64,000 nucleotides of DNA from Nitrospirota bacterium (GCA_963741205.1 CAVUHW010000020.1:128001-192000); one strand, 5' to 3'; positions 45,809-57,134 are shown, counted from the first letter of the stretch. Translations and numbers: made by a program. The notes: generated by a model not told the origin, from the letters alone.

Positions 45809-46481
45809 ATGTGCGGAAGGTTTGAAATCCACAGCGCGCTCGATATCATTGCGAAGATATTCCAGATCGATGTGACGAACGTCGAAATTCAACCGAACTA
45901 CAATGTCGCGCCGAGCCAGGACGTTGCTATAGTTCTCCATGACGGGAAGAAGAAGCGCCTCGTCGCCTGCCGGTGGGGCTTCGTACCCTCCCGGTCAAAG
46001 GAACTCAAAATCGGCTATTCAACGATCAACGCCCGCGCAGAAACAATTACCACAAACCCCACGTTCAGGGACGCATTTCGAAGCCAGCATTGTCTCGTGG
46101 TAGCGGACGGTTTTTTTGAATGGAAAAAAGAGGGGCGCTTGAAGAAGCCCTACTATATCAGGGCCAGGTCCGACAAGACCCTTTGGCTTTGCCGGATTAT
46201 ATAATTATTGGACGTCCCCGGAAGGCGAAGAGTTTTGTACAACGACAATCATTACGACCAATGCGAACGAACTGCTCCTGCCGATACACGACCGAATGCC
46301 GGTCATCACTCCTGAAGATAGCTATGACCTCTGGCTCGATCCGTCCCTTCATGGAAAGGAAGCGCTTCTTTCCATCCTTAAACCCTTTCCTTCTGATCAA
46401 ATGGAATGCTATCCCGTGACGCCCAAGGTTAATTCTTTCAAATACAATGATCCGGAAAACATAAAACCGCTGGAATGCTGA
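45809..46481 (+). CDS. SOS response-associated peptidase (SRAP/YedK), frameshift ~46180
   Basis: MCGRF, YNVAPSQ, INARAET, GFFEW and HDRMPVI. Confidence 0.92.
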
Positions 46482-46492
46482 TTTTATGATTT

Positions 46493-47654
46493 TCAATTTG
46501 CATTGGTTGCGGCCTCTGGCCGCGCTATGATCTGCTCCCTGCCGATCGAGTCCGGAGATACTGTTGCCGTGTCATAGATGCTGACCGGCACCCAGGGACT
46601 CCCCAATTTCGACCGTACTTCCTCTTCCTTCCCTTCTGCACAGACGATCGCCCGGACAACGCCGTCCTGTTTCACGACCAGGACCTTGTCGGGAACATCC
46701 GCGGTCTTTTCCAGAAAGGGTTCTTCCCAGCGCCGCAGTTCTTCCTGGAGAGCCTTATCCAGGGTCGTCCTGATCGTCAGGCCTCCGCGGTACAACTCGG
46801 TTTCATCGTAAAGGGACAGGAGCGTCTGCTCCAGCGCCCGCTGATAGCAGGCCCGTCCGTTCCCGCCGGAGAGCGCGGTGAAATCAAACCTGCCGCTTCC
46901 TTCCCGCCTGAGCGTGATCGGAGCCTCGCGGGCCGCGGCATACTCTTCATCGGTCAGGATCCGTGGCCTGATGCATGTTGAAAAGCACCTGCTGCTGGCG
47001 GCGACTGACCTTGTTCATCCTCTTGTAGGGGTTATAATAGTGGGGGTTCGCTATCATTCCGGCGAGAAGCGCCGCCTCCGCCGGCGTCACTTCCGTCGCG
47101 TGTTTGTCCAGGTAGTACCTGCACGCCGCCTCGATGCCGTTCACCTCGTCTCCCCATTCGATTTCGTTCAAATAGATTTCGAGGATCCTGCGTTTTGAAA
47201 GAATTTCCTCTGCCTTCCGGGCCAGCACATACTCGCGTACCTTGCGGGTGACGGTCTTCTCCTTTGACAGGAGCACGTTCTTGATCATCTGCTGCGTAAT
47301 CGTACTTCCACCGCGGGCGAACTTCTTTCTCTGAACGTCGACGACCAGGGCATCCCACGTGGCCTGGTAGTTCACGCCGTGATGTCCAAAAAAAGTGTCG
47401 TCTTCGGCAATGACGACCGCCTGGATCACGACCTTGGGAAGGGCCGCGATCGGCGTCCAGACGCGGAACTTCCGGTCATAGTAGTGCGTCAGAACGCCGC
47501 CGTCCTTGTCGAGCACCTCGGCGGCAGCAGCGGGGCGGTATCGTTTGAGGACGGAGACATCGGGAAGATTATTGAGGGCGGAGTAGAACCACAGAAAAAT
47601 CGCGAGGATGGAGACCGCGAGGATCAGGAGTCCCGCAAAGAAAAGCTTTTTCAT
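46493..47654 (-). CDS. Peptidoglycan transglycosylase (GT51) without transpeptidase domain (frameshift ~46965)
   Basis: AEDDTFFGHHG, GGSTITQQ, RKVRE and LEIYLN. Confidence 0.85.
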
Positions 47655-47663
47655 GGCTCGATG

Positions 47664-47822
47664 CTATTTTTTCTCCTCGTCGTGTTTTTTTGCATGGTGA
47701 TCATCCCTTCTACAGAAGGGCCCCGGATTTTCGCCTCACCCCCAGCCGAGGCCGAGATTGAACCGGGACACGGCGAGCACGAGAAGAACGAGGATTATTG
47801 CTGTTACAACCGCATCTGACAT
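47664..47822 (-). CDS. Candidate 52-aa membrane selenoprotein (in-frame TGA at codon 29)
   Basis: GGAG SD; MSDAVVTAIILVLLVLAVSRFNLGLGWG-U-GENPGPFCRRDDHHAKKHDEEKK*; hairpin CCCTTC-TGTA-GAAGGG downstream of the TGA. Confidence 0.5.
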
Positions 47823-47986
47823 GGCACGCTCCACTCTAATGTTCGCTGGCACTTTGCCGTGGCCAGTTATGAGTGCCTGCCTAGAGGACCGCGAGCCACA
47901 GGTCCATGCTTCATATCAAAATGGATTGCTCAGACATTGCGGGAATGACATCCTTTTACTATGTTTTTGCAATGGCTTATTTGCTG

Positions 47987-48547
47987 CTACCGCTCCGCGA
48001 TGAGGCCCCTCAAGACCCGGGGTGCGTCGGGATCGCGCCAGTCCCGGGGACCGATGATCTTGTAGCGGACCACACCCTGACGGTCCAGAATATAGGTTTC
48101 GGGCAACTTATAGGTCCCGTACGAACTCGCGATCGACCCGCCGGGATCCATGAGAACCGGAAGCTCGATGCCGTTCTTCCGCAGAAAATCCTTCACCGCT
48201 GCTTCGCCGCCTTCGTCGACGCTCACCGCGAGCATCTCGAAGTCGCTGCCGGGAAGCTCGCGGTTAAGCTGCGCCAGCGTCGGCAGCTCTTCCACGCACG
48301 GCGGACACCAGGTGGCCCAGAAGTGGACCATCACGATCTTGCCGCGTGTGTCCGAAAGGCCGACGGAGCGGCCGTCGGTAGAGGGGAGCCTGAACTCGGG
48401 CGCCCGGTCGCCGGTTGCGATGATCTTCTTCGGGGCCTTTCTGTCCTTGACCACGTAACCCGCGACGGCAACCGCGACGGCGATGACCAGGACGGCAAGT
48501 AATAGTATTTGTTTCGTGCCGCCGCCTTGTGCGTCTCTTGGCGCCAT
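47987..48547 (-). CDS. TlpA/ResA-family thiol:disulfide oxidoreductase
   Basis: TM anchor, FWATWCPPC and PETYILD. Confidence 0.92.
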   Translation of the reverse strand: MAPRDAQGGGTKQILLLAVLVIAVAVAVAGYVVKDRKAPKKIIATGDRAPEFRLPSTDGRSVGLSDTRGKIVMVHFWATWCPPCVEELPTLAQLNRELPGSDFEMLAVSVDEGGEAAVKDFLRKNGIELPVLMDPGGSIASSYGTYKLPETYILDRQGVVRYKIIGPRDWRDPDAPRVLRGLIAER

Positions 48548-48935
48548 CTCTCGTTGGGCCTCTCTCTTTTTTGCGCAACCGAAGTTTTCTACTGTCTGAC
48601 GAATGATATTATACGGTTTATCATGGACGGTATCAAGGAGAAAATCGGGATGCGTTTTTCGATAATACGCCGGGAGCTACATTGGCCATGGTTTCTACGA
48701 AAGCAAACTTTTTTGCATAAACGACTCTGTGAAAACGCTCAAAACCCCTCACTGTCATACCCGTCCCGCTTTAAAGCGGGGAGGCTCCAGCGGGTGTATG
48801 GGTCTTTTAGAACCTGCTTCAGAATGGATTCACCCCGACCTCTCGCGGGAACGACGAGAAAGTACACTGCGTGCCTTGCTACACTATGGATTTTTATTTG
48901 AAATATCAGGCCGGTCTGATATAATACGGACTGCC

Positions 48936-50757
48936 ATGATTCATGAAATAAAATTACACGGCCAGGCCAACGAAACACTGGACTATTTCGTCACCATCAC
49001 GGGCGCGGACCTGAGCAGCAGGTACTGCTACGAGTCGCTCCCCGAAGGCGACCGGTTCTTTTCCGGCAGGAACGAGTTCGTCATCACGCCGACGGGCATC
49101 GCCTACATGGGGACCGGCGGCGGTCTCTGCGAGTACATGTTCGGCGTGGACTTGCCGCTCAAGGACCTCTTGAGGAAGGACGTCTCGAACCGGCTGGTCA
49201 TGTACGGCGCCTACTACGACAAGGCCGACAATATCATTTTTTCGAACAACACCGCGGGCAAGGAGTCCTTCGACCATGTCTTCCTCACCGGCAACGCGGT
49301 CTCGAACTACTACTTCTTCGTCCATACCTCACGGCGCGGGGAAATCGGGGACATCCAACGAGATCTCCTCAGGAACATCGGCAAGCAGTTGAAGCGAAGC
49401 ACGACCGTCGGCGCCGCCCAGGACACCCGTCTCTGCCGCGAGATCTTCGAAGCCCTGGACGACCCCAAGGCCCTCGTTTTCCTCTTTCGCCTTCTGAACC
49501 GCCACAACGAGGAGTATTTCAATACCTTCAACCGGTTTTATTCGGCGCACAAAGCGCTGACCGCCGAGGCGCATGCGGAACTGGACAAGCTGGCGCTCAA
49601 ATATAACATCATCCCCTACCAGCAGGAACGCATCAAGATCGACGGGATGTACAAACTTCACGAGAACAAGAAAATCGTCGACGAATACAAGGACATCCTC
49701 ATCTCCGTGACGGAAAAAGGCGAGGTGAACCCTTCCGAACTGGCAAAGCTCTCCCGTCTGCGCACGCTCTCCCTGCGCCTCAACATCCCCCACAACCTCT
49801 TCGACACGCTGGACGAACTTCTCCTGAAGGACATGAGCATCGTCGAGGTTGAAGAGCCCGACTATGTCCGGGAAACTCGGGCGATCTTCGAGGGCCTGTT
49901 CCTCCAGACCGACAAGATCAAAGGGCACATCTCTACGGAAGACCTCGTCAAGCTCCTCCTGGCCAAGCAGAAATCGACCCTGGTCCGCGACCAGGCCTTT
50001 GAGGGGCTGCTGCTTGGACACGGTCCGCGCCTGCGACGAGCACGCCCGCGACCGGAACGACATGAGCGTACTGGAGGTCATGAGCTCCATCCTCACGTAT
50101 TTCGACCGATACGACAGCACGGCGACGGCGATCAACAACCTCGCCTTCATGGAAAATTCGACGCTGACCGAAGGCAACATCAGGAGCATCTTCGGCAACA
50201 AGGAGGTCTTCGATCAGATCGGCCCCGACCTGTTCCGCGTGCTGTTCATCGCCTCCCTGCGCGACAACCGCTACCTGACCCGTTACGGCCGGAAAAAAGT
50301 CGACCTGCTGTATCAGGGGCTGCGGCAGATCAAATCGGGCGATACCACGTATCGCGAGCTTGCGGCCGCCATCACGAAGATCAATAACGACGACAAGATG
50401 TATATGTCCATCCATCGCTACATCAAGGACCGGTTCCGGAGCATCTACGCCGAGCTGAACTCGAAGGAGGACCAGGAGATCTTCATCCAGGACCTGAACC
50501 GGGAGCTCCAGTCCAAAGGGCTCGTCACCGGGCCGGTCCCGCACGGCGTATTCCATGAAATCATCCTGGATATCAGGAAGGAGTCGTTTTACCTCAACAA
50601 TCTCCTGCCGCACATCATCGTGTCACGGGACAATCACGTGCGCGAGGATTTCCTGATGAACAGCGGACTCGACCGGTTCTATGTCGAGGAGCTCGAAAAA
50701 GACTACTTTGACATGAATCAGATCGAACAGAACATACTCGATGAGATCAGAAAGTGA
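48936..50757 (+). CDS. TIGR04442-like conserved hypothetical protein (frameshift ~50015)
   Basis: MIHEIKLHG, GTGGGLCEYMFG, NRLVMYGA, QQERIKID and REDFLMNSGLDRFYVEELE resemble this family (from memory). Confidence 0.7.
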
Positions 50758-51951
50758 CCATGTTCAGGACGCTGGACCGCTACATATTCCGCGAAATGGC
50801 GCCGCCTTTCTTCCTCAGCATGGCGGTATTGCTGCTCGTGCTTTTCCTCCAGAAACTATTCCGGATTTCGGACCTCCTGATGTCGAAGGAGGTCAGCTTC
50901 GCGGCGACGGCGAAGGTGCTGATCTTCATCATGCCGGGGTTTCTGGTCATCACCATCCCCATGTCGCTTCTGGTGGCCGCGCTCACGGCCTTTTCGCGGA
51001 TGAGCGCCGATTCCGAAGATGACCGCCATGAAGGCGTCCCGCATCAGCCTCTACCAGATGATACGGCCCGTGTTCCTCTTTGCCCTCCTCTGCTTCGCCG
51101 CGACCGCCGCGACCTCGCTCGTCCTCGTCCCCAGCGCCAATACCGCGCTCAAGATCTATCTCTTCAATCTGGTCAAGTCGAGTGCCACGGTGGGCGTCGA
51201 GCCGGGCGTCTTCAGCAGCTCCTTCAACGGCATGGTGATGTACGTGGAAAAAATGGACCCGCACAACAACATGGAAGGCGTATTCATTTCCGATGAACGC
51301 ACCGCCGCGGAGCACTACACGATCGTCGCCCAACGCGGCAAGCTCATCGCGGACCCCCGGTCTCTGAACATTACGCTCGCCCTGCAGAACGGCTCCATTC
51401 ATACCGCCCCGAAAAACGACGAGGCCTACCCGCTCATGCACTTTACCGGGGCCAAGCTCTTTATCGACATCAACAGCTCCCTCGCCGGGAAGGACGCCCC
51501 CGGCAAGAGCTACGAAGACATGAGCAGCCCTGACCTGATCCAGGACATCGACAAAACGCGCGGGCAGGGGAAGCCGGTCTTCTCCCAGGAAACGGAGCTG
51601 CACAAGAGGCTCTCTATCCCCTTTGCCTGCCTCCTCTTCGGACTCATCGGCGCGCCCCTCGGCATCCGGCGGAGCCGTTCGGGCAAATCCGCGGGCATCG
51701 CCATCGCCCTGCTGGTATTTCTCATTTATTATATCATCCTGGGCGGGGCGACGAACCTCGCCGAGACCGGCACGTTCCCGCCGTACCTGGCATACTGGAT
51801 CCCGAATGTCGTCCTCACGCTGGCTGCGCTGTTTTTCGTTTACAAGAAGGGGCAGGAAGTAAACCTGAGGATCGGGTATGCGATCGCCAAGCGCTACTAT
51901 CAATTGAAGGAGCGGATTCTGAGCAAGCCCAACGCGCCGAAACCGCGGTGA
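50754..51951 (+). CDS. lptF: LPS export permease LptF (frameshift ~51017)
   Basis: LDRYIFRE, MSADSE.TAMKAS and ELHKRLSIPFA; upstream of lptG. Confidence 0.88.
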
Positions 51952-51970
51952 GGGAACGGGACCAAATACC

Positions 51971-53056
51971 ATGACCCTGCTGAGCCGGTACATATTCAAG
52001 GAATTCATCACCCTCGTCGCGGGCGTCCTCCTCGGCATCCTCGTCGTTTACCTGTGCGTGGAGTTTCTCCAGAAGGCCGACAAACTCATCAAATTCCATG
52101 CCACCGTCTCGCAGGTCGGCCGGTACTTTCTCTTCAGCATCCCCAGCATGATCTCGATGTCGCTGCCCATGGCGACCCTGATCGGCGCGCTCCTGTCGCT
52201 CGGCGGCCTCTCGCGCCACAACGAGATCATCGCCATGCGCGCGAGCGGCGTGAGCCTGGGAAGAATCATCGCCCCCATGCTCGCCGGGGGGCTCGTCATC
52301 TCCGCATGCGGCTTCCTCAACAACGAGTTCATCATGCCCAAGTATACTTCGCTCGCCAACTATATCCGCAACGTCGAGATCGAGAAAAAACAGCAGCGGG
52401 TCATGTTCCAGCAGCAGAAACTGTGGCTCCGCGGGCCGGACAACAGCATCGCCAACATCGAGCTGGTCTCTCCGAATCGCAACGAAATGCTCGGTCTGAA
52501 CATCTATAAGCTGAATCCCGATTTTTCGGTGCGGGAACGGATCACGGCCGGCAGCCTCTTGTGGCAAGACGGCGCATGGAGGCTGCAGCACAGCCGCACC
52601 TATGCGCAGGAGGGAGATTCCGTGCGGACCCGCCCTTCCGACGGAGAAATATTCAACATCGTGGACAGTCCCAACGACCTGGGAATGATCGTCAAAAACT
52701 CCGAGGAAATGAACTTTCGCGAGATGTGGGACTATGTCAAGAGGATCAAGTCGAGCGGGTACAAGGCCGGCATGTATGAAGTCGAGCTGCACGACAAAAT
52801 CTCGTACCCCTTTTCCAGCCTGCTCATGGTGCTGATTTCCATTCCCTTCTCGATCCACAAGGTCCGCAGCGGCGGCGCCGCCAAGGGGTTTGCCTTTGCC
52901 GTCATGATCGCCTTCTTCTATTGGACACTCATGAGTGTCGGCGGGTCGCTCGGCCGCTCGGGCGCCGTTTCCGCCATTGTCGCGGCGTGGTTCGCGAACA
53001 TTTTTTTCGGCGGCGTCGCCATCATCGTATTGTTCCGCATGCAGCGGGCGGCGTAA
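51971..53056 (+). CDS. lptG: LPS export permease LptG
   Basis: LSRHNEIIAMRASGVS, KISYPFS and AAWFAN. Confidence 0.9.
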   Translation: MTLLSRYIFKEFITLVAGVLLGILVVYLCVEFLQKADKLIKFHATVSQVGRYFLFSIPSMISMSLPMATLIGALLSLGGLSRHNEIIAMRASGVSLGRIIAPMLAGGLVISACGFLNNEFIMPKYTSLANYIRNVEIEKKQQRVMFQQQKLWLRGPDNSIANIELVSPNRNEMLGLNIYKLNPDFSVRERITAGSLLWQDGAWRLQHSRTYAQEGDSVRTRPSDGEIFNIVDSPNDLGMIVKNSEEMNFREMWDYVKRIKSSGYKAGMYEVELHDKISYPFSSLLMVLISIPFSIHKVRSGGAAKGFAFAVMIAFFYWTLMSVGGSLGRSGAVSAIVAAWFANIFFGGVAIIVLFRMQRAA

Positions 53057-53105
53057 ATAACCGGCTCGTGGCCTTACGAAGGTCTTCAGAAATATAGCGT
53101 CTTTT

Positions 53106-53183
53106 TGTCATTCCGCGGAAGCAGGAATCCGATCTTTGTATTGAAAAGCCAATGGATTCCGGTGTCAAGTTCCCGGAATGACA
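53106..53183. repeat. GTCATTCC...GGAATGAC palindromic repeat
   Basis: tgtcattccgcggaagcaggaatcc ... ggattccgg...ccggaatgaca. Confidence 0.75.
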
Positions 53184-53213
53184 CCAAAAGAAAGAGATTT
53201 CTCTTTTAACGTC

Positions 53214-53888
53214 ATGGCGAAACGCTTCGTAAAAATAGTGCTCGGCCTTGCGCTCGTTCCGGTTTGTCTGGGTTTTACCCGGCAGCTGGCCGCGACGGTT
53301 TTTTCCGTGGCGTACAAACCTGATGCGCCCTATGTCTTTCTGGCCGGCGGGCTGTCCTATCTGGTCGTTCACCTGCTCTTCAAGAAGCCTATTTTCACCT
53401 ATGTCATCGGGCACGAGTTTACCCACGCCCTCTTCGCCATGCTCTTCGGCGGGTCGGTAAAGTCCCTGCAGGCCGGAGAACGGGGCGGCCGGGTGACCGT
53501 CACCAAGTCGAATTTCGTAATAACCCTGGCGCCTTATTTTTTCCCCCTCTACACGGTCATCGCCATGGGATGCTACGGCGCCGCGCGCGCCTGGAGCGCC
53601 GGCCGGGCCGCGACGAACACGATCATTTTTTTCAGCGGCGCCGCGTTTACGTTTCATCTGGCGCTGACGTTCATGTTCCTGCGGACCGATCAAACAGACA
53701 TCAACGAGCAGGGCGCAATCTTCTCCTATCCGCTCATCTACCTGTTCAACATAGTCTTTGCGGGGCTTCTCATCGGTATTTATCTTGCCGAAGATATGGA
53801 TTACCTGAGGTTCTTCGCCGGCGGGATATTCAAGAGCGCGGACATGATCATGATGCTCGTAAATAAGGCGCATGGGTTGATGCGGTAA
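53214..53888 (+). CDS. M50B-like membrane metallopeptidase
   Basis: HEFTH motif, LAPYF and TD motif among TM helices. Confidence 0.7.
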   Translation: MAKRFVKIVLGLALVPVCLGFTRQLAATVFSVAYKPDAPYVFLAGGLSYLVVHLLFKKPIFTYVIGHEFTHALFAMLFGGSVKSLQAGERGGRVTVTKSNFVITLAPYFFPLYTVIAMGCYGAARAWSAGRAATNTIIFFSGAAFTFHLALTFMFLRTDQTDINEQGAIFSYPLIYLFNIVFAGLLIGIYLAEDMDYLRFFAGGIFKSADMIMMLVNKAHGLMR

Positions 53889-54033
53889 CGGTTACGAAAA
53901 ACGTAGCGTAAACGTGGTGAGGTCAGGTTCGCGGTACAAGGTGGCTACGATGTCTGAGCTTTGATACGCTCGTTCACATAGCCGGAACCTTGAACCGCTC
54001 ACATGACAACCTGAGCAGTTACGAAAGGCAAGC

Positions 54034-54648
54034 ATGCTTCTGGTAGGACTGACGGGCGGAATAGCCAGCGGGAAGAGCCTCGTAGCGCGCGTCTTCAAGG
54101 ACCTCGGCGCCCGCCTGATCGACGCAGACCGGATCGTCCATGAGCTCCTGGAGACGAACCGGGAGACGCAGGAGGATGTGGTCGGCCATTTTGGAAGCAG
54201 CATTCTCTCGCCGGACGGAAGCATCGACCGGCGGAAACTGGGCGAGCTCGTCTTCGATGATGAGGAGAAGAGGGCATGGCTCAACAACTGCCTGCACCCG
54301 AAGGTCTTCGACGCCTTCCAGTCGCAGATCCGGCAGATGCTCGGCCGTCCTCCCGATACGGTCGTCATCCTCGACGCCGCACTCCTCATCGAGACGGCTT
54401 ACCATCGGAAGATGGACCGGGTCGTCGTAGTCTACGCGGAACCCGAGCAGCAGATTGACCGGCTTATGAAACGCGATAACTTTACCCGGGAGCAGGCCCT
54501 CGTCCGGATACGAAGCCAGATGCCCCTTGCGGAAAAACGCGGTCACGCGGATTACGTCATCGACAATACGGGGGCCCGCGAGCGCACGGAGCGTCAAGCC
54601 CGCGAGGTCTATTCCAAGCTCAAGCAGGAAGCGGAGAGAAAAGCGTGA
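54034..54648 (+). CDS. coaE: Dephospho-CoA kinase
   Basis: GLTGGIASGKS, IDAD, IDRRKLG and ADYVIDN. Confidence 0.95.
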   Translation: MLLVGLTGGIASGKSLVARVFKDLGARLIDADRIVHELLETNRETQEDVVGHFGSSILSPDGSIDRRKLGELVFDDEEKRAWLNNCLHPKVFDAFQSQIRQMLGRPPDTVVILDAALLIETAYHRKMDRVVVVYAEPEQQIDRLMKRDNFTREQALVRIRSQMPLAEKRGHADYVIDNTGARERTERQAREVYSKLKQEAERKA

Positions 54649-55112
54649 AATCCGGCGCTCTCACTATCATCCCCATGACGCGCTCGCATATTCGGGCCTG
54701 CGATGCTATTGCCGCGGTTTCAGAACCGTGGCAGACCTTGAACGAGCGAATCGACTTTCTGAAATACATCAGGTTAAAGCAGGCTTTTGTCTGCTTGCTT
54801 GGGGACGAACCCGCCGGTTTTGTTATCTTCACGCCGGAGCCGGTTTTCGCGAGAGGCGGTTACCTTCGCGCGATCGGCGTTGATGCCGCAATGCGCAGGC
54901 GCGGCATCGGCAGGATGCTCCTCGATTTTGCCGAAGGGATGACGGCCAGACGTTCACCCAACCTTTATCTGTGCGTTTCATCGTTTAACCGCAAGGCCCG
55001 GGCATTTTACAAAAGTCTGGGCTATACTCGGGTCGGGAAACTCCCCGGCTTGATTATTCCGGGCGCCTCAGAGTATATTTTTTGGAAAAGGCTCAAGAAC
55101 AAAAAGGCATAA
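54645..55112 (+). CDS. GNAT acetyltransferase
   Basis: RRRGIG motif A and N.KARAFYKSLGY. Confidence 0.88.
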   Translation: MKSGALTIIPMTRSHIRACDAIAAVSEPWQTLNERIDFLKYIRLKQAFVCLLGDEPAGFVIFTPEPVFARGGYLRAIGVDAAMRRRGIGRMLLDFAEGMTARRSPNLYLCVSSFNRKARAFYKSLGYTRVGKLPGLIIPGASEYIFWKRLKNKKA

Positions 55113-55326
55113 CGTAAACAAAACAGTGTTTTGTATTGATTAAGGCGGAGTGATAAATATAAGGGCCAGTTTGACACCAATATTCTTAAAATCATGTTGC
55201 AAATTTCAACAACCAATGGCTCAATCAATTATTGGCGCTCAAATCACCCTCTGCGCGTCAAGCAGGTTGTCTGAAAAATTCGCTTTTTTGTGGATTCGAA
55301 CATAAATTTTGATATAATGACGGCTT

Positions 55327-56001
55327 ATGATAAAAAACTTAAAAAAGATAGACCTGTTCAAAAATCTTTCAGACAAGGAACTCAAGGAGCTGGAGCCCTA
55401 CCTCATCACGACAACGTTAAAAAAGAAAGGGGATATTTTTTCGGAAGGCGACCAGCCGGAATGGTTTTATATCGTTTCAAAAGGAAAAGTGAAGATCACG
55501 AAGCTCTCCCATGAGGGCAAGGAGATCATTCTGGAGATCATCTCTCCGCCGGACATCTTCGGAGGAGTCGCAGTCCTTCGGAACTTCCCCTACCCTGCAA
55601 ATGCCGTTGCCATGGAGGACAGCGAGATAATCAAAATATCCCGTAAAAACCTCATGCGCTTGGTGGACCGCTTCCCGAACCTCATGTACTGCATCGCTCT
55701 CCAGCTGGGAGACCGGATGAAGAGCTCCTATGACTCGCTCAAGAACATCGCCCTCGAACGCGTCGAGGCGCGAATTGCCGCGCTGCTTCTGAAACTCGCC
55801 GGCAAGATAGGTATTGAAACAAATGAAGGGCTCCTCATCGATATGAGGCTTACCAAGCAGGATGTGGCCGACATGGTGGGCACTACGGTCGAGACCTCCA
55901 TCCGCACCTTCAGCAAGTTCAAGAAACAGGGGTTTCTGACGGACAAGAATGGCAAGATCGTCCTCAAGGACCGGGAAGGACTGGAGGAGCTTTCGTCGTG
56001 A
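55327..56001 (+). CDS. Crp/Fnr-family regulator (HcpR/DNR-like)
   Basis: cNMP-binding domain (YPANAVA) and HTH VETSIR; lacks the FNR Cys cluster. Confidence 0.9.
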   Translation: MIKNLKKIDLFKNLSDKELKELEPYLITTTLKKKGDIFSEGDQPEWFYIVSKGKVKITKLSHEGKEIILEIISPPDIFGGVAVLRNFPYPANAVAMEDSEIIKISRKNLMRLVDRFPNLMYCIALQLGDRMKSSYDSLKNIALERVEARIAALLLKLAGKIGIETNEGLLIDMRLTKQDVADMVGTTVETSIRTFSKFKKQGFLTDKNGKIVLKDREGLEELSS

Positions 56002-56050
56002 CAACACTTTAGTAATGGTCTCATAACAATAATTCGAATAGCAAATAGTT

Positions 56051-56141
56051 TGTCATCCCCGAATGCCTCTATCGGGGATCCATCCTGACGTTTAAAATAG
56101 ACAAAAATGGATTCCCGCTCAAAAACGTTGCGGGAATGACA
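56051..56141. repeat. GTCAT...GGAATGAC palindromic repeat
   Basis: tgtcatccccg..cggggatcca ... tggattcccg..cgggaatgaca. Confidence 0.75.
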
Positions 56142-56169
56142 ATTTATAATGTGATCATCTTGTCGTTCG

Positions 56170-56583
56170 TTAATGAGGCTGCTCTACCTTCGTGAGCAGG
56201 GTCATCAGCATATTGTAGAAAAAAAGAAAGATGGCCAATGCCTGGATTGCCCCTGATAGTACGGTAAGCGTACGGAACATCCCGGTCGGGCTGTAGATAT
56301 TCAGCACATAGAACAGGAGCATCGACACGAGAGATATGTTCGCGAGATAGAATTGCGCCTCTCCTATCTTGTTGCTGTACAGCGGCCTCCCCATGAACCT
56401 AGGTAGGATGTGATAACCCACGCCGTAGATCATCATCGAGACCCAGCCCAGCATGTTCAGGTGCGAATGAACGAACTTCAAGGCCATTGCGTTCTGGCTC
56501 CCCAGCATAACGACGCCGAGCAGTGCCGCGATTCCCAGATATACGACGCTCATCACGATAAACCCTTTTACGAACCTGTCCAT
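56170..56583 (-). CDS. 4-TM membrane protein with heme-copper-oxidase-subunit-I-like His motif
   Basis: HSHLNMLGWVSMMIYGVGYHILPRF. Confidence 0.75.
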   Translation of the reverse strand: MDRFVKGFIVMSVVYLGIAALLGVVMLGSQNAMALKFVHSHLNMLGWVSMMIYGVGYHILPRFMGRPLYSNKIGEAQFYLANISLVSMLLFYVLNIYSPTGMFRTLTVLSGAIQALAIFLFFYNMLMTLLTKVEQPH

Positions 56584-56617
56584 AACGATACACCTCCCGA
56601 AGTTTTATTGTAGTCTT

Positions 56618-56721
56618 AGTATAGAGCATCCCGCGGCAGCGCGCTATGATGTGCCTCATAATCAGTCGAGAATAGTAGTATGACGCAGGTCATAGCGGTC
56701 ATGATCAAAACCTGATAGAGT
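56618..56721. promoter_or_regulatory. Two Crp/Fnr-type boxes driving divergent class II promoters
   Basis: TATGA-N6-TCATA at 56645-56660 and 56679-56694. -10 elements TATACT (minus, 56618-23) and TAGAGT (56716-21). Confidence 0.7.
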
Positions 56722-56751
56722 ATATCCAACAAACTACCTAAGGAGGCCACT

Positions 56752-56964
56752 ATGATCGCGGAAAAAAAGAAAGTAACGAAAGATACCATCATCGGTGACG
56801 TCATCAAGATGAGCCCAGCCGCAAAAGCGGTGATCCAGAAATACTTCGGCAACGGGTGTTTCACCTGTGCGGGCATCAACATGGAGTCCATATCCTTCGG
56901 CTCCATGATGCACAACATGGACCCGAACAAAATCGTTGACGAGATAAACGCACTGGAGGGATAA
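56752..56964 (+). CDS. DUF1858-like small protein
   Basis: TKDTIIGDVI, CFTC, ESI and H; AGGAGG SD. Confidence 0.8.
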   Translation: MIAEKKKVTKDTIIGDVIKMSPAAKAVIQKYFGNGCFTCAGINMESISFGSMMHNMDPNKIVDEINALEG

Positions 56965-56965
56965 G

Positions 56966-57103
56966 ATGGCGGGCAAAGAGCTGAAATGTTTTGTGTGCGG
57001 GACCGATGACAAATCGAGGGTGTATCTGCCCTGCTACCATGAGGGAAAAGAAAAGGTCGTCTGCACCCGATGTCTGCCCATGCTAATCCACGGAGCGCAC
57101 TGA
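56966..57103 (+). CDS. 45-aa CxxC/CxxC zinc-ribbon-like protein (missing from ORF track)
   Basis: MAGKELKCFVCG...VCTRCLPMLIHGAH*; GGAGG SD; starts 1 nt after the previous stop. Confidence 0.75.
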   Translation: MAGKELKCFVCGTDDKSRVYLPCYHEGKEKVVCTRCLPMLIHGAH

Positions 57104-57134
57104 TACTTGTTTATGACACGACCGTAAAGGACCC

